Shown: in pieces, positions 60,861 to 64,000 of the stretch
Position numbering within the stretch: the stretch's first letter is position 1
Layout of the letters: the number at the start of each line of letters is the position of its first letter
Position numbers and translations under genes: made by a program
Notes under the pieces: model-generated
Told to the model about the DNA's origin: nothing
The model's input: the letters and a program-made list of their open reading frames with translations, nothing else
Database searches by the model: none
From: Pelagibacteraceae bacterium
GTDB lineage: Bacteria; Pseudomonadota; Alphaproteobacteria; Pelagibacterales; Pelagibacteraceae
Assembly (NCBI GenBank): GCA_008638125.1
Contig: VTPM01000001.1
Coordinates: 8,012 to 72,011, forward strand
Reading direction: 5' to 3'
Length of the DNA: 64,000 bases

Positions 60861-61592
60861 ATGTTAAATATTAAAAATTTAAAAGTTTCCGTTGAAAATA
60901 AATTAATTTTAAATGATTTGAATTTAAAAATAAATCCGGGAGAAGTTCATGCAATAATGGGTCCCAATGGTTCTGGGAAAAGCACTTTGGCAAATGTTTT
61001 GTCTGGAAAAAAAGGTTATGAAATTCAAGGAGAGATATTATTTGATGAATTAAACATCAATGATATTTCTGTGGAAGAGCGTGCACAAAAAGGGATATTT
61101 TTAGCCTTTCAATATCCTGTGGAAATTCCCGGTGTTAATACAAATGTTTTTTTACGAACATCTTTAAATTCAATTAGAAAATCAAAAGGAGAAAAAGAAT
61201 TAGACACCTTAACTTTTTTAAAATTAATTAAAGAAAAAGCAAAAGAATTAGGGATTGATGAAAAGTTTTTATCACGTCAACTCAATGTGGGATTTTCAGG
61301 TGGTGAAAAGAAAAAAAATGAAATTTTACAAATGAAATTATTACAGCCAAAATTATCTATTTTAGATGAGACTGACTCAGGTTTAGATATTGATGCCTTA
61401 AAAATAGTTGCTGATGGCGTAAACTCATATAAAAAAAAAGATAATGCTTTTTTAATTATCACTCATTATCAAAGATTGCTTGATTACATAAAACCAGATT
61501 TTATACATGTACTATCTAAAGGTAAAATTGTGAAAACTGGATCAGCTGAGTTAGCCTTAGAATTAGAAAAATCTGGATATAAAAATTTATAA
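60861..61592 (+). CDS. sufC: Fe-S cluster assembly ATPase SufC
   Basis: HAIMGPNGSGKSTL, FLAFQYPVEIPGV, GFSGGEKKKNEILQ, LDETDSGLDIDAL. Confidence 0.99.
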   Translation: MLNIKNLKVSVENKLILNDLNLKINPGEVHAIMGPNGSGKSTLANVLSGKKGYEIQGEILFDELNINDISVEERAQKGIFLAFQYPVEIPGVNTNVFLRTSLNSIRKSKGEKELDTLTFLKLIKEKAKELGIDEKFLSRQLNVGFSGGEKKKNEILQMKLLQPKLSILDETDSGLDIDALKIVADGVNSYKKKDNAFLIITHYQRLLDYIKPDFIHVLSKGKIVKTGSAELALELEKSGYKNL

Positions 61593-61596
61593 ATAA

Positions 61597-62841
61597 ATGA
61601 TTGAGAATTATAATTTTAATATCGATAAAATACCAAATTTATCTCAGGAGGAAAAAAGTATAAGAAAAAAAAATTTAGATATTTTTTTTCAATCAGGATT
61701 TCCAAATAAAAAATTAGAAGATTGGAAATTTACTGATTTAAATTCATTAATTTCTAAAAATTTTCAAAAGTTAACAAATATTGAAAAATTCAATATTGAT
61801 AAAAAATTAGAACTTTTAAATAATTTTCAACACAATTATGTTTATTTAATTAATGGTAAAATGAATTCTTATAATTTTAACTATGAGGAGAAGAATAAAA
61901 TAATAATTGATAATTTTAACAATTCAAACAGAAATGTAAACAAACCCTTAAATTCGCTAAATTTTTTAAATGATGCTTTGGCTATTGATGGATTCTATTT
62001 AGAGATAAAAGAAAATTACAAATTAAAAAAACCTCTAATTATTTACAATTTTTTTTCAAACAATTTAAAAGATGTAATTATAAGTAATAAAAATTCTATA
62101 AAAATTAACAAAGGCTCTTCGGTAGATTTAATAGAGTATTCTTTAGATGATAGTAACAATTGTTTTATCAAAAACACTAATGAGCAAATAAATTTAGATG
62201 AAGGTTCAAATTTAAATTATTTTGTACTCCAGGGATCAAAAAGTAATAATTTTTTTTACAAATATATTAAAAGTAAATTAAAAAAAAACTCAAATTTTAA
62301 TAACTATATTTTAACTTCAGGCTTAAAGTTTAATAAAATTGAATTTGATATTGAATTAAACGATGATAACTCAAATTGTGAAATTTATTCAGCTTTAAGC
62401 CTAACAGAGAATGCCCATCAAGAAATTAAAACTTTAATTGCCCATAATTCTCCCTACTGCAGAAGTTATCAAGTAATTAAATCTGTTCTTAATGATCAAA
62501 GTAAAGGAGTATATCAAGGTAAGATTTATGTAAAAAATCAAGCTCAGAAAACAAACGCTTATCAATTAAGCAAAACTTTAATTTTAAATGATAAATCTGA
62601 ATTTAATGCAAAACCAGAATTAGAAATTTATGCCGACGATGTAAAATGTTCTCACGGCTCTACTTCTGGAAGCATTGATGAAAATTCTATTTATTATTTG
62701 ATGACCAGAGGTATTTCAGAGATAGATGCAAAAAAACTTTTGATTAAAGGTTTTTTAGCCGATTTTTTAGAGAAAGTAAAAAATCAGGAAATTAAAATGT
62801 TATTTGAGGAAAATTTAGAAAGGCAAGTTAATGGAAGTTGA
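61597..62841 (+). CDS. sufD: Fe-S cluster assembly protein SufD
   Basis: GFP.KK.EDWKFT, GVYQGKI.V...AQKT.A.Q, KPELEIYADDVKCSHG. Confidence 0.95.
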   Translation: MIENYNFNIDKIPNLSQEEKSIRKKNLDIFFQSGFPNKKLEDWKFTDLNSLISKNFQKLTNIEKFNIDKKLELLNNFQHNYVYLINGKMNSYNFNYEEKNKIIIDNFNNSNRNVNKPLNSLNFLNDALAIDGFYLEIKENYKLKKPLIIYNFFSNNLKDVIISNKNSIKINKGSSVDLIEYSLDDSNNCFIKNTNEQINLDEGSNLNYFVLQGSKSNNFFYKYIKSKLKKNSNFNNYILTSGLKFNKIEFDIELNDDNSNCEIYSALSLTENAHQEIKTLIAHNSPYCRSYQVIKSVLNDQSKGVYQGKIYVKNQAQKTNAYQLSKTLILNDKSEFNAKPELEIYADDVKCSHGSTSGSIDENSIYYLMTRGISEIDAKKLLIKGFLADFLEKVKNQEIKMLFEENLERQVNGS

Positions 62842-64000
62842 AAATATTAAAAAAGAGTTTCCAATATTTAAACAAAAAATTAATGGAAAACCATTAGTCT
62901 ATCTTGATAGCGCTAACTCTTCTCAAAAACCTAAATCTGTTATTGATAGAATTTCAAGTTTTTACGAAACAGAATTTTCTAATGTTGGTAGAAGCGTTCA
63001 TTCTTTAGCAGTTAAAGCTACCAATAGATTTGAGAATACACGTGATCGAGTTCAAAAATATTTAAATGCAAAACATAGAGAAGAAATTATTTTTACAAAA
63101 GGTGCTACGGAAGCAATAAATTTAGTCGCTTCAAGTTTTGGAAAGAAATTTATAAATTCAGGAGATGAGATATTGATTACAGAATTAGAACACCATTCTA
63201 ATTACGTACCTTGGCATTTTATTAGACAAGAAAAAGGTGCTAAAATTAAATTTGCTGAAGTAAATCTTAATGGCGAAGTTGAAATAGATGAAATAAAAAA
63301 AAATATTAGTAATAAAACCAAAATTATCGCCATAACCCATATCTCTAACGTTACTGGAGCAATTACACCTATAAAAAAAATTGTAGATATTGCTCAAGAA
63401 AAAAATATTCCTGTATTAATAGACGGTACTCAAGGAGCACCGCACCTAACTCTTGATATGCAAGATTTGGGTTGTGACTTTTATGCAATATCTTGTCACA
63501 AAATGTATGGACCTAATGGTTTAGGAATATTATATGCAAAAAAAAAATGGCTAGATCTTTTACCTCCTTACCAGGGAGGTGGAGGTATGATCAATGAAGT
63601 TTATAAAGACTCAATTAGTTATGCAGATACTCCAACTAAGTTCGAGGCAGGAACTATGCAAACAGCAGAAGTTGTAGCATTTAGCGAGTCAATTAATTTT
63701 ATAGAAAAAATTGGAATGAAAAATATTTTATCTCATGAAAATAAAATTTTAGAATATGGGCTAGAACAATTAAAAAAAAAGAATTCAATTAATATAATTG
63801 GAGAACCAAAAGAAAGAGGCTCTGTATTATGTTTTACAATTAAAGGTATTCATCCTCACGACATTGCAACAATTTTGGATGATGAAGGTGTAGCAGTAAG
63901 AGCAGGGCATCATTGTTGTCAAATATTGCATGAAAAATTAGGATTACCTGCAACAACAAGAGCTTCAATTGGAATCTATAATACAAAGGAAGATATTGAT
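62831..64000 (+). CDS. sufS: Cysteine desulfurase SufS (3' end beyond the window)
   Basis: Absent from the ORF track. ATG at 62831 gives MEVENIKKEFPIF..INGKPLVYLDSANSSQKP, ELEHHSNYVPW, SCHKMYGP and AVRAGHHCC; the frame is open to the window end. Confidence 0.96.
   Translation, partial: MEVENIKKEFPIFKQKINGKPLVYLDSANSSQKPKSVIDRISSFYETEFSNVGRSVHSLAVKATNRFENTRDRVQKYLNAKHREEIIFTKGATEAINLVASSFGKKFINSGDEILITELEHHSNYVPWHFIRQEKGAKIKFAEVNLNGEVEIDEIKKNISNKTKIIAITHISNVTGAITPIKKIVDIAQEKNIPVLIDGTQGAPHLTLDMQDLGCDFYAISCHKMYGPNGLGILYAKKKWLDLLPPYQGGGGMINEVYKDSISYADTPTKFEAGTMQTAEVVAFSESINFIEKIGMKNILSHENKILEYGLEQLKKKNSINIIGEPKERGSVLCFTIKGIHPHDIATILDDEGVAVRAGHHCCQILHEKLGLPATTRASIGIYNTKEDID

Noticed and set aside
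886-63397. Many short ORF-track entries, mostly antisense to or nested in real genes (e.g. 886-1140, 5610-5867, 6694-7035, 12302-12601, 13962-14309, 44328-44684, 45679-45990, 63185-63397)
   Set aside because: They overlap well-supported housekeeping CDSs, carry no recognisable motifs, and are the expected shadow ORFs of AT-rich codon usage.
1-64000. tRNA, rRNA, CRISPR arrays, integrases, transposases, prophage or defence genes
   Set aside because: No intergenic gap exceeds about 155 bp, and I saw no cloverleaf/T-loop motifs, repeat-spacer periodicity or mobile-element ORFs. An Infernal or tRNAscan run would be needed to exclude small structured RNAs formally.

Overview
This is a very AT-rich, extremely gene-dense core-genome segment of an alphaproteobacterium, most likely Pelagibacterales (SAR11). 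That assignment is an inference from low GC, minimal intergenic spacers, alphaproteobacterial synteny and streamlined proteins. It holds about 60 housekeeping CDSs: dksA, recA, alaS, icd, psd-pssA, guaB/guaA, panB, purF, dnaB, rpsF-rpsR-rplI, fabD-fabG-acpP-gmk, lptFGD-surA-pdxA-rsmA, pepA-ndk, purMN, hda, aspS, accBC, aroQ, thiSG, rne, mrcA, prfB, tyrS, anmK and iscR-sufBCDS. I saw no tRNA, rRNA, CRISPR array, prophage or IS element, and no obviously new multi-gene system. Two CDSs are not fully captured by the ORF track: the frameshifted 5' part of prfB, and sufS, which runs off the window end. The most interesting signals are four. (1) An orphan regulatory cluster at 3392-3507 with tandem NrdR-like boxes 31 bp apart, a perfect DnaA box and three GANTC sites, but no ribonucleotide reductase gene beside it. 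(2) A stand-alone NrdJ C-terminal-domain gene with an unrecognised N-terminus at the ancestral nrdJ position. (3) An RNase E lacking the Zn-link CxxC motif. (4) Precise domain deletions (CBS-less GuaB, PPIase-less SurA) and overlap of almost every convergent gene pair. All calls were made by eye; no database searches were run.
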